This document shows, piece by piece, positions 33,591 through 42,834 of a stretch of DNA of 62,971 nucleotides (position 1 is the first letter of the stretch; each line of letters starts with the position of its first letter). Made by a program: the position numbers and the translations under genes. The notes below the pieces were generated by a model that was not told the origin of the DNA, ran no database searches, and was given only the letters and a program-made list of their open reading frames with translations. Source of the DNA: Alphaproteobacteria bacterium (GTDB lineage: Bacteria; Pseudomonadota; Alphaproteobacteria; RUG11792); contig JAFVEL010000019.1 of the NCBI GenBank assembly GCA_017475965.1, positions 1 to 62,971 on the forward strand, given 5' to 3'.

Positions 33591-34070
33591 CTATACAATA
33601 CTGTTATCATGTTTAGTTTTTGGCAATCCATTATTACCATTTAATATTCGTTTATTCCTATTATTGTTTTTAGGGACTGGTGCTGCTTCTTGATTATCTT
33701 CGTTTAAAACAATAATATTACTATCTAATTTTAAATTTTTAAACGCGTCAGTTATTTCTAACTTATCAGTGTTTTCTATATTTTGTTTTGATTTATTATT
33801 ATATTTGTGAGTATCTATGTTCATCCAATTAATATGATTTCTTTTGAGAGTTTCATATAAATTTTCCTCAAACGAATTTATATTGTCGCTATTACGTTTT
33901 TTACTTATGAATGTTTTGTTATCTACCAATAACTCTTCTTTAGTGCAGATTTCATTAGTAATATTTTTGTTAATGTTGTTATTACTACAGCAAGAGGAAT
34001 TTTGTAGTGAAAAATACATAACTATTATCGAAGTAAGAACAGTTTTCAATATCATATTATTATAAATCAT
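33591..34070 (-). CDS. hypothetical secreted protein (orphan)
   Basis: Signal-like N terminus ILKTVLTSIIVMYFSLQNSSC. Carries the ICT...FISKKRNSDN module shared with two other orphans. Confidence 0.55.
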   Translation of the reverse strand: MIYNNMILKTVLTSIIVMYFSLQNSSCCSNNNINKNITNEICTKEELLVDNKTFISKKRNSDNINSFEENLYETLKRNHINWMNIDTHKYNNKSKQNIENTDKLEITDAFKNLKLDSNIIVLNEDNQEAAPVPKNNNRNKRILNGNNGLPKTKHDNSIV

Positions 34071-34125
34071 TGTCTTGTTCCCAATAATAATATTATTACA
34101 CAGTTAATGAAAAAACAAGCAATAA

Positions 34126-34440
34126 TTAGTATGGATAATAATACCCATTGTAATAATCATAATAATATGGGTAATAATAATTATTGTAATAGTAGTTATC
34201 ATAATAGTAATCATTATAATATCCATTATATGGTGGTGCATAATTATTTATTTGTGTATTATTTACTGGTGTAGGTGTTGAATGAGTCACATATGTTGTA
34301 GACCTATAACTACGAAATGGTGAAGTAACATTATCTATATAATTACTAGTTTCTGTAATAGTTTCAGTAACTGTATCACATGCACTAACCATCAACGCAA
34401 TTATTATTATAAATACATGTAAATAAGTATTACCAATCAT
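34126..34440 (-). CDS. extremely Tyr-rich lipoprotein (orphan)
   Basis: Lipobox IIIALMVSAC. The C-terminal 40 residues NNYAPPYNGYYNDYYYDNYYYNNYYYPYYYDYYNGYYYPY contain 22 Tyr. The start is uncertain, and the ORF track extends to a GTG at 34491. Confidence 0.55.
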   Translation of the reverse strand: MIGNTYLHVFIIIIALMVSACDTVTETITETSNYIDNVTSPFRSYRSTTYVTHSTPTPVNNTQINNYAPPYNGYYNDYYYDNYYYNNYYYPYYYDYYNGYYYPY

Positions 34441-34625
34441 AATATAAATAATACAGTAAATATTGCACCATTGCATAGTCAATACTATCACATGTTTATT
34501 AAATAATTATTAATACTTATACAGTGTAAAAATTATAAATAATCAATACATAGTACTAGTTTAATTACATAGAAATGTTATATACTACATAAAAATATTG
34601 ATATAAAAAACTATATACCTAAATA

Positions 34626-35108
34626 ATGCTTAAGCAGACTTTCCTAGGAATAGATCCTGGTTTGAATAATACAGGATGGGGAATAGTAGAATGCATAGAT
34701 AATGATAATTATAATTTAATTGACTATGGAATATTTAAAACTGCATTTTCTGATAGTCTAGAAATACGATTAAATTTTATTTTTGATTCAATATTTAATT
34801 TGATAAAAACGAAAAAACCTGATAGAATTTCAATGGAAAGAGTATTTGTTAATATAAATCCTGCTAGTAGTGAAAAACTAATAATGGCAAGAACAGCTTC
34901 ATTTTTAGCTATTGCTAAGTCTGGATATAGTGTAATAGAGTTTTCTCCCAATGAAGTAAAAAAAGCTATTACTAGTAATGGAAGAAGTAGTAAGGATATA
35001 GTAAAAGACAAAGTACAACAAATACTTAACATAAAAGAAAAAATAAAGAAATCAGATGTTACAGATGCGTTAGCAATAGCTATGTGTATAGGAATGATAA
35101 AAAAGTAG
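34626..35108 (+). CDS. ruvC: crossover junction endodeoxyribonuclease RuvC
   Basis: FLGIDPGLNNTGWGIVE (first catalytic Asp), ISMERVFVN, and C-terminal SDVTDALAIAMC. Confidence 0.93.
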   Translation: MLKQTFLGIDPGLNNTGWGIVECIDNDNYNLIDYGIFKTAFSDSLEIRLNFIFDSIFNLIKTKKPDRISMERVFVNINPASSEKLIMARTASFLAIAKSGYSVIEFSPNEVKKAITSNGRSSKDIVKDKVQQILNIKEKIKKSDVTDALAIAMCIGMIKK

Positions 35109-35316
35109 TATTTGTTTGTATTTATGTTTTTTATATAAACATAAATCAGATATTACAGATGCTTTAGCGACTGCTATGTATGTGGAAATAACGATATAGT
35201 AGTTTTGTGTTTTATTATGTAAAAACAAAATTAGATATTACATGGTTGCTCGGCAATAGTTATGTGTATAAGCACAATAAAATATAGTAGTTTTATACCT
35301 TTTATGTAAATACACA
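35049..35316. repeat. three tandem copies (about 94 and 85 bp spacing) of the ruvC 3' end plus downstream spacer
   Basis: Copy A (35049) is AAATCAGATGTTACAGATGCGTTAGCAATAGCTATGTGTATAGG...GTAGTATTTGTTTG. Copy B (35143) is AAATCAGATATTACAGATGCTTTAGCGACTGCTATGTATGTGG...ATAGTAGTTTTGTG. Copy C (35228) is AAATTAGATATTACATGGTTGCTCGGCAATAGTTATGTGTATAAG...ATAGTAGTTTTATA. Confidence 0.8.
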
Positions 35317-35479
35317 CTGTGTATAGAATTACCGACATTAATTGATATTGATTTTTATAAAAGTAAAATACATTAATGACATATAGTATTATATATAAAT
35401 GATAATGTTAAAGATTTCTATTTAAAAACAAAAACAAATAGTTTAGTATTTTATAGGAAAGTAAAATATTTTGTAAATA

Positions 35480-36787
35480 ATGTGGTTGCAAATGGATGTG
35501 AGTAGTAATATGAGTAATATTTTATTAGTTGGATATGGTATTTCAGGAGTGTCAGTTTTTAATTTCCTGAAATCAAAAGGAAATAATGTTTTGGTATATG
35601 ATGATTATAAAAACGATGATATACCAAATAAAGTAAATAATATAGATTGGAATAATATAGATTATGTAGTAAAAAGTCCATCTATACACATTATGTACCA
35701 TAATATACATCCAATAATACAAGAAGCAATCAATAATAATAAAACGATATATTCTACATTTGATATATTTAGATTATATAATCCAAATGCGAAGATTATT
35801 GGTATAACTGGTACTAATGGTAAGTCAACAACAACATCATTAGTGTATAGTATATTAAAAAAAGCTGGATTGTCAGTGCAAATAGGTGGCAACATAGGTA
35901 TTCCATATGGTGATTTGGAACTTTCTGAATATTATGTATTTGAAATGTCATCATATGAAATATCGAGTTCAAAATTATTACAATTTGATATAGGAGCATT
36001 ATTAAATATAGAACCAGATCATTTAGATTGGCATGGTTCATTTGAAAACTATATAGAATCCAAACAAAAACTACTAGATAATAGTAAAATAAAAATAATA
36101 TCATATGAAGATGAATATTCTGTAAATAAATATAAAGATACTTCAGTAACAATATCAATTAATAATGAATCCAAAGCTTCATATTATATAAAAGAAAGAT
36201 TATTAATGCAAAATAATAATATTATATTAGACCTATCTAATGTTAAATATTTACTTGGTACTCATAATTATCAAAACATAATGTTTGCTTATGCAATTTG
36301 TAAATCTCTAAATGTAGATGATAATGTAATAATTAATACTATAAATAATTTTGAGCCATTACCCCATAGGATTAATATAGTAAGAAAAATAGATAATATA
36401 TTATTTGTAAACGACAGTAAAGGTACAAATCCTGGTTCATCTGCTAGGGCATTAGATACATTTATGGGATATAAAATATTTTGGTTAGTTGGAGGTAGAA
36501 GTAAGAAAATAAATCCATTACCATATATTAATAAATATCTTGATAGTATTCATAAGATATATTTATTTGGAGAATCTACTCAAGAGTTTTCTCAAGTATT
36601 TAAAAATACTAAAGAGTGTGTGGTATTTAAAACAATGGATGAAGCATTAAGAAAAGCATATGAAGATGCAATTAATGAACCAGGAGCTAGTGTAGTATTG
36701 CTATCACCTATGTGTGCTAGTTTCGATCAGTTCCAGGGTTTTGAGCATCGTGGAAATATATTTGTAGAATTAGTAAAATCATTGTAA
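35480..36787 (+). CDS. murD: UDP-N-acetylmuramoylalanine--D-glutamate ligase
   Basis: VGYGISG Rossmann N terminus, GITGTNGKSTT P-loop, and NDSKGTNP. The start could be the ATG at 35510. Confidence 0.93.
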   Translation: MWLQMDVSSNMSNILLVGYGISGVSVFNFLKSKGNNVLVYDDYKNDDIPNKVNNIDWNNIDYVVKSPSIHIMYHNIHPIIQEAINNNKTIYSTFDIFRLYNPNAKIIGITGTNGKSTTTSLVYSILKKAGLSVQIGGNIGIPYGDLELSEYYVFEMSSYEISSSKLLQFDIGALLNIEPDHLDWHGSFENYIESKQKLLDNSKIKIISYEDEYSVNKYKDTSVTISINNESKASYYIKERLLMQNNNIILDLSNVKYLLGTHNYQNIMFAYAICKSLNVDDNVIINTINNFEPLPHRINIVRKIDNILFVNDSKGTNPGSSARALDTFMGYKIFWLVGGRSKKINPLPYINKYLDSIHKIYLFGESTQEFSQVFKNTKECVVFKTMDEALRKAYEDAINEPGASVVLLSPMCASFDQFQGFEHRGNIFVELVKSL

Positions 36788-36790
36788 ATA

Positions 36791-37909
36791 ATGGCTGATA
36801 TTTCTAGTATTTTTAGAAAATGGTTTGCATCAATAGACCAAGTTTTATTGTTTACTGTAATTACCATAATTGCAATAGGAATATGGGTTAGTATAGCTTC
36901 TACTCCAGCTGTGGCTTTAAAGTTAGGATTGAGTCCATTTCATTTTGCTAAGCAACATGTATTATTAGTCCCAATTGTATTACTATTGATATTGTCAATA
37001 TCGTCATTACAATCAAAACACATAAGACTACTGTCTTTACTTGGATATTGTGCATCTATTATTTTAATAATATGTACTATACTATTTGGTACTGAAATAA
37101 AAGGAGCTAGAAGATGGATAAATATTTTTGGATTCTCCCTACAACCATCTGAATTTTTAAAACCATTTACTGCAATACTTACTGCTTGGTTAATATCAGA
37201 ACAGTATAAAAATAGAAAATTCCAAGGTATTTTAATCTCCTTATCAAGTGTATGTTTAGCAGTACCACTGCTATTATTACAACCTGATGTAGGTATGACA
37301 TTAATAATTATTTCTACTTGGATGGCGCAATTATTTATATCAGGACTATCAATTACTATGATTTTAACTTTTATACTTAGTAGTCTTGGAGCTTTAACAG
37401 GTTTATACTTCATATTTCCACACTTCCAAGATCGCGTTAGTAGATTTCTCGGAAGTAATGGAGAAGATACTGATTTATATCAAGTACATAAGTCATTAGA
37501 AGCATTCACAAATGGTGGATTATTTGGTAAAGGTCCAGGAGAAGGTATTGTAAAAATGAAAGTACCGGACTCTCATTCTGATTTCATATTCTCAGTAATT
37601 GGAGAAGAATTTGGCTTATTAATATGTATTTTAATACTAACATTGTTTGCTATATTAGCTATTCGACCTCTAACTAAAGTAATGAAATCAAATAGTATGT
37701 TTTGTTATTCAGCAGTATTTGGTATTGTATTTCAAATAATAGTGCAAGTTACCATAAATATTAGTACTGCATTAAACATAATCCCTACTAAAGGTATGAC
37801 ATTACCATTCATAAGCTATGGTGGTAGTTCATTATTATCATCAGCAGTTAGTATAGGATTTTTATTAGCTTTAACAAAATATAACGCATTAGTACACGAT
37901 TCTATTTAA
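36791..37909 (+). CDS. ftsW: peptidoglycan glycosyltransferase FtsW (SEDS family)
   Basis: LQPSEFLKP, DSHSDFIFSVIGEEFG and TKGMTLPFISYGGSS. Located directly after murD. Confidence 0.93.
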   Translation: MADISSIFRKWFASIDQVLLFTVITIIAIGIWVSIASTPAVALKLGLSPFHFAKQHVLLVPIVLLLILSISSLQSKHIRLLSLLGYCASIILIICTILFGTEIKGARRWINIFGFSLQPSEFLKPFTAILTAWLISEQYKNRKFQGILISLSSVCLAVPLLLLQPDVGMTLIIISTWMAQLFISGLSITMILTFILSSLGALTGLYFIFPHFQDRVSRFLGSNGEDTDLYQVHKSLEAFTNGGLFGKGPGEGIVKMKVPDSHSDFIFSVIGEEFGLLICILILTLFAILAIRPLTKVMKSNSMFCYSAVFGIVFQIIVQVTINISTALNIIPTKGMTLPFISYGGSSLLSSAVSIGFLLALTKYNALVHDSI

Positions 37910-38284
37910 TATAAAATACACATATAATATCATCTATCATAATACTATAGGTATAAAGATTTTTATGGATTCTTTATTTGCCATGTAAATCATAAAATGT
38001 ATTTATTATATTTTTATTTAAATAATATTAAGAGACATAATATTATCCTATTTATAATTATGGATATTAAAAAGTATTGTTCCTGGAATACATAATTGTA
38101 CACCAAATGATGATATTGGCTTATCATTAAGTAGTATTTTTTGATTACATACGTATTTATAGACTAATATACAACTTCTTATTATATTAAAATTTTATTT
38201 ATCTAATTATTTTTACCATCCATTTAATAGTAATTTTATCAAAAAGCACACTATCATATTATTTATCTTAGTTTAAATACAGAA

Positions 38285-38707
38285 TTATACTCCTACAGTC
38301 TTTAATGGGATGAGTTCAATTACTTTAATATCTTGTTTCATAAAACTTGGAAATGCTGGGTGTTCTCCACCAACATAAAACCTCAAGATATCAGGTTTAT
38401 TCCCACTACCTATTAGATGTAACTTAAAATCAAGGTTTTTATGTTGAAAATTAAAAAACCACACAATGTCTTTATTCTGTGTATGTACTTTTACTACACT
38501 ATCTACAGTAAAATGTTGATTAGTTATTTCATTGATACCATTTGATAATTCCTTAACATTGATGAATTCTTTTTTAATACCATCACATTCTAATATGCAA
38601 CTCTCATCTGGATTAAAAGTAAGAGACACAGATGCATTACTATTTCTTATAAAAAATGAACACATTGTCACAGCAATACCAAAATAATCCTTAAAATTCA
38701 CTTTCAT
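38285..38707 (-). CDS. small secreted orphan protein, paralog family member 1
   Basis: Signal-like FGIAVTMCSFFIRNSNA. Shares the block NVKELSNGINEITNQHFTVDSVV with the two neighbouring ORFs. Confidence 0.55.
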   Translation of the reverse strand: MKVNFKDYFGIAVTMCSFFIRNSNASVSLTFNPDESCILECDGIKKEFINVKELSNGINEITNQHFTVDSVVKVHTQNKDIVWFFNFQHKNLDFKLHLIGSGNKPDILRFYVGGEHPAFPSFMKQDIKVIELIPLKTVGV

Positions 38708-38837
38708 TTAGATTTTTTAACCCCTGTGTTTATTTTAACAACCATATCATTATTATGTCAATCTAATTAATACAAACCTGGATACATCAGTATAATATGT
38801 ATCTAAAACACTATAGGTGTACCAATTGTTATAGAAA

Positions 38838-39560
38838 TTATAAATCAGATAATGAATTAAAACCTAATTCAACATGATAATAATCTGACGCAGTGTTAAA
38901 ACTACAACCACAAAATTGGTTCATATTATCAAAAGCATATTTTTCTTTATTGCTTTCAACTATTACGTTTGTCAGCTTATGATGTAATTTGCAAGTAACT
39001 GAAAAATTATTAAGATTATTACAAATAATTCTAGGTAAATCACATTGATAATTCATAAAATCTAATGATATATTTGGTTTACAATTATTGATACCAGCAA
39101 ATTCTAATATACATTTATTATCGTTATGAATTCCTTCGAATACTAAAGTATTATTATTAACAAAGATGTTATCAACATTCAATGTATTACAAGATATCTC
39201 TTTTAATTTCTCAGCAAATGTTGTTAAATCTAATACTTTGTCAGTATTTTTTCCAGCTACAGAGGAAAATAATAGTTCACATTCTGTATTTCCTTCATTA
39301 TCCAAAAAATTTATAGTAATTGTTGGAACACTATTTCTATCAACTAGAGACAATGTATTTTGTTTAAATAAATTAAAAGCATTTGGATTAGGATTAATAC
39401 TAAAATGCAAATCTTCATTTATATTCATATCTTCTAATGCTTCAATTTTTATTGATGTACCACTAATTAATGCAGATTCACCTTTTGGTAACATTGATGA
39501 ATACCCAATATTGCAAAACACAGTAAATATTATACTGATAAGACTACATAGTTTTTTCAT
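38838..39560 (-). CDS. secreted Cys-containing orphan protein, paralog family member 2
   Basis: Signal peptide MKKLCSLISIIFTVFCNIGYS. Contains the block FAEKLKEISCNTLNVDNIFV and CILEF. Has 9 Cys in the mature part. Confidence 0.6.
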   Translation of the reverse strand: MKKLCSLISIIFTVFCNIGYSSMLPKGESALISGTSIKIEALEDMNINEDLHFSINPNPNAFNLFKQNTLSLVDRNSVPTITINFLDNEGNTECELLFSSVAGKNTDKVLDLTTFAEKLKEISCNTLNVDNIFVNNNTLVFEGIHNDNKCILEFAGINNCKPNISLDFMNYQCDLPRIICNNLNNFSVTCKLHHKLTNVIVESNKEKYAFDNMNQFCGCSFNTASDYYHVELGFNSLSDL

Positions 39561-39767
39561 TAAAAACCCACTTAATTATTCTTTCATTGTTAGAATACCA
39601 TAAATTCCAATGCATTTAATGAAAAAAAATTATTGTGTTATATGTTTGTAAGTTGATATTTTATAACTATATGATAAAAATACAACATAATATAAACTTG
39701 CCTGTGACAAATTGCCACAGGTGTATAATTTTTTTATTCTAGTATTAAAGTTCCATTTATATTAAAT

Positions 39768-40295
39768 TTAGCATTTCTTATTAAAATTAACATTTCTGAC
39801 TGAAACTATTCCACATTGATTTACTGTTGCATTTTCATCAATTGTCAATGTATTTACTTGCAATGTATTATTACCATAATAATTTATATTAAGTGTTATA
39901 TTATGACCAACTTTGAAATTTAAAGGGATTGTTTGATTTTTACTCAAAGTAATGGTATATGTGTAATTATCAATATTTGAATTATTACTGAAGTATATGT
40001 TACATGATTTATTGTTACTACACCCATTAAATTGTATTCCATTATTTGTTTCAACAATACTGTTTACATCAATACAACCATTAGTGAATTTTAATAATCC
40101 ATTGTTCGATAATTCTTCTTCAGCATCTTCAATTAATACTCTTTGCCCATTACAATAAATATAATGTAATAGATTTGGTGTATGCTCTATTGTAATACTA
40201 TCAATTGGTGTATTTTCGGTACTATTAGATTTACTAAATATAGTACAAGATATAACTATTAAACTTAAAACTTTAAATATATACATAAAAACCAC
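39768..40295 (-). CDS. secreted Cys-containing orphan protein, paralog family member 3
   Basis: Signal-like FKVLSLIVISCTIFSKSNS. Contains the block AEEELSNNGLLKFTNGCIDVNSIV. Confidence 0.6.
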   Translation of the reverse strand: MVFMYIFKVLSLIVISCTIFSKSNSTENTPIDSITIEHTPNLLHYIYCNGQRVLIEDAEEELSNNGLLKFTNGCIDVNSIVETNNGIQFNGCSNNKSCNIYFSNNSNIDNYTYTITLSKNQTIPLNFKVGHNITLNINYYGNNTLQVNTLTIDENATVNQCGIVSVRNVNFNKKC

Positions 40296-40665
40296 TCCTA
40301 TAAAAAATATTTTATAAATCTATAACTTTAGTATTGCATTAAACCATGCAATACTATACAATATTAGTGTGTTTATTTGTGAAGGTGTTGTTTATAAACC
40401 TTCCAAATATTGTAGAAAATACATTATAACAATTTTTAAGTGAGCATAATACACCCCAAGAAATAAAACCCTCTTATATTCAGTTTCGCTTTTGCAAGTA
40501 AATAAATGAAAGTTGAAAGTTAAGTATTTTTTTTCTAATGTTTTAATCATATCATATAACCCAATTTGGTTATGATTAATATAATATATTGTCTTACAAA
40601 TTAAACATTATTTAATAATATTCATGTAGTATGTAGATATATATAAATATACTACTTGGTTAAAA

Positions 40666-41232
40666 ATGTTACATAATAAATATTATGCTATAAAAATATT
40701 AATATTGATTTGCTGTATTAATATGGATGCTATGAATCAAAATGTTGATACAAATACTAATAATGGAGTTATTATATTTTCAGAGAATAATTATCAAGGA
40801 ACAAATACTATTTTAAAACCAGGTAATTATTTAATTAGTGAATTACAAAACATAAAATCTATTACGATTCCAAATGGATTAGAAGTATTCCTTAGTAATA
40901 AAGATGATTTTGATGATGAAAGTGCTGAAAAAATATCATGTCCATCAGTAGATGAATTAAAGAATAATAATTCAACTGAGGAATACAAGTTAGATAATAT
41001 TGATACATCAAAGTATAAATACCTATATGTACTTAAAGTTGATTTAAATAATGAAGATGGAATTGCTAGTCATGATGAATATGATTCAAATACTGGTAAA
41101 TATTTTGGACGCCATGTAAGTAAAGTTAAAGAATTTAGTAGTACCGAAAAAGAAAATCTAAAAGAAATAGTAATTGATTCTAGTCCAGATTTTCAAGGAT
41201 TGCCAGATTTAACACAATACAAGAATTTGTAA
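40666..41232 (+). CDS. secreted protein with beta/gamma-crystallin-like N-domain, 5' segment of an interrupted LRR gene
   Basis: Signal peptide, then GVIIFSENNYQGTNTILKPGNYLISELQNIKSITIPNGLEVFLSNKDDFDDE (crystallin-type Greek-key pattern). It ends at a TAA that is in frame with the next ORF. Confidence 0.6.
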   Translation: MLHNKYYAIKILILICCINMDAMNQNVDTNTNNGVIIFSENNYQGTNTILKPGNYLISELQNIKSITIPNGLEVFLSNKDDFDDESAEKISCPSVDELKNNNSTEEYKLDNIDTSKYKYLYVLKVDLNNEDGIASHDEYDSNTGKYFGRHVSKVKEFSSTEKENLKEIVIDSSPDFQGLPDLTQYKNL

Positions 41233-41415
41233 AATATTAAGTTATTATTTAATGTCTTAAAAGGAAAAAGTGAAGATTTTATAAAACAAGAATTTAGTAA
41301 AATAATTAATTATATAGATAAAGTAAATCCATTAAAAATTATAGAGATACAAGGAGAATTACCAAGTTATCACACTACACAAAATAATAAATTCTTTGGT
41401 TTTAATTTAACAGAA

Positions 41416-42834
41416 TTGCCTACAATTAATAATAATATTCAAGAAATACATCTAATAAATTGTAAAGAATTATCCAGTATAGATTTTAGTAAGTACACTA
41501 GTGTAAAAAAAATATGTATGTATGGAAATACTTTGGAAAAATCCACTGAAGCCCAATGGAAAACAATGATAGAACAGCTATATACATTATCAACTAACAT
41601 TACCAAACAAGAGCAACAGAAAATAGCATTTTTTGCGATCCCTAAAACTATTACTGTGTCAGCATCATTAAAACATATTCAATTGCCTAGGACTTATACT
41701 GGAGAAATTCCAAAGAACAGTAATTCATCACAATCACAAATACAATATTTATCAGCATTGGGAGCAACATCTGTAGCTCAAGATGCGTTTAAAGACCAGC
41801 AAGCACTAACAGAACTGTATTTACCAAATGTTAGAGAAGTAAAATCTAATGCATTTTATCATTGCTTTAAAATAGAGAAAGTGTCTCTTGATAAATGTGA
41901 AGTATTAGAAGAAGGAGCATTTAGAACAAATAGAGCATTACAAAGCATGTACTTACCATTAGTAAAAAAACTTGGAAAACTATCAATAGCATATACTAGA
42001 AGTAATAAATTAAAGATAGGTGACTTAAATAATCAAGAATTTAAATCTCAAAGTGAAGCAGGATTATATTTACCATTCTGTGAAGAAATAGGAGACGGTG
42101 CATGCAGGGGAGATAATGAAGATAAAGTACAAATTGTCAATGTTAATTGTCCAGTATGTAAAACTCTAGGAGTGGAAGCATTTAGGCAATTAACAGCATT
42201 AAAAATAGTTAATATACCAGAGGTAGAAACTATTGGTCAATCTGCATTTGAAGATTGTAGTTTACTAACAAAAGTTGGAGATATTAATGATATATCAAAT
42301 AATTCAATATATCTTCCTAAAGTAAAATCAATAGCAAATTACGCATTTAAAAATGGAGATAAAGGTCAAAATATCATTATACAGTCTATTATATTACCAG
42401 AATGCGAAAGAATTGGGAGAGAAGCATTTATGAGATATAGAACAATGAAAACATTATCGATACCAAAATGTAAATCAATAGGTATTCTATCGTTCTATGA
42501 TCCATATAAGTTACAAGAACTTGAAGCTACCGAACTGGAAACAATCGGGGCAAATGCATTCCAATATGCTAGTGTACCAATACGCAGTTTTAAAACAGTA
42601 AATGGAAATAAAAAAATTGATAATGGATATTTAGAATTGCCAAATTGTAAAAAAATAGAAACAAAGGCATTCTGGGGCAGTGGTGCACATTCTATCAGAG
42701 GAACCAATGTAGTAAAATTACCAAAGTGTGAGAGTGCGGCTGATGATTCATTCCGTGCTGCATATCTAACAACTCTAGATGCATCAAAATTAAGTAATAG
42801 GGCAAAAATATTATCTACTAGTAAATCTGGTTAG
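41416..42834 (+). CDS. BspA-type leucine-rich-repeat protein, 3' segment of the interrupted gene
   Basis: Repeats of the form (I/V)..(N/D)AF..C..L..(V/I).LP.(V/C)..(I/L)G..AF occur about 10 times. Examples are SVAQDAFKDQQALTELYLPNVREVKSNAFYHC and ETIGQSAFEDCSLLTKV. The only start is a TTG, and the frame is open back to 41233. Confidence 0.7.
   Translation: MPTINNNIQEIHLINCKELSSIDFSKYTSVKKICMYGNTLEKSTEAQWKTMIEQLYTLSTNITKQEQQKIAFFAIPKTITVSASLKHIQLPRTYTGEIPKNSNSSQSQIQYLSALGATSVAQDAFKDQQALTELYLPNVREVKSNAFYHCFKIEKVSLDKCEVLEEGAFRTNRALQSMYLPLVKKLGKLSIAYTRSNKLKIGDLNNQEFKSQSEAGLYLPFCEEIGDGACRGDNEDKVQIVNVNCPVCKTLGVEAFRQLTALKIVNIPEVETIGQSAFEDCSLLTKVGDINDISNNSIYLPKVKSIANYAFKNGDKGQNIIIQSIILPECERIGREAFMRYRTMKTLSIPKCKSIGILSFYDPYKLQELEATELETIGANAFQYASVPIRSFKTVNGNKKIDNGYLELPNCKKIETKAFWGSGAHSIRGTNVVKLPKCESAADDSFRAAYLTTLDASKLSNRAKILSTSKSG

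Noticed and set aside
41230-41232. Possible TAA reassignment or an alternative genetic code explaining the in-frame stop.
   Set aside because: TAA terminates conserved genes in this window at their expected ends, for example topA, gmk and the tmRNA tag frame. TGA and TAG also behave as stops, so the code appears standard.
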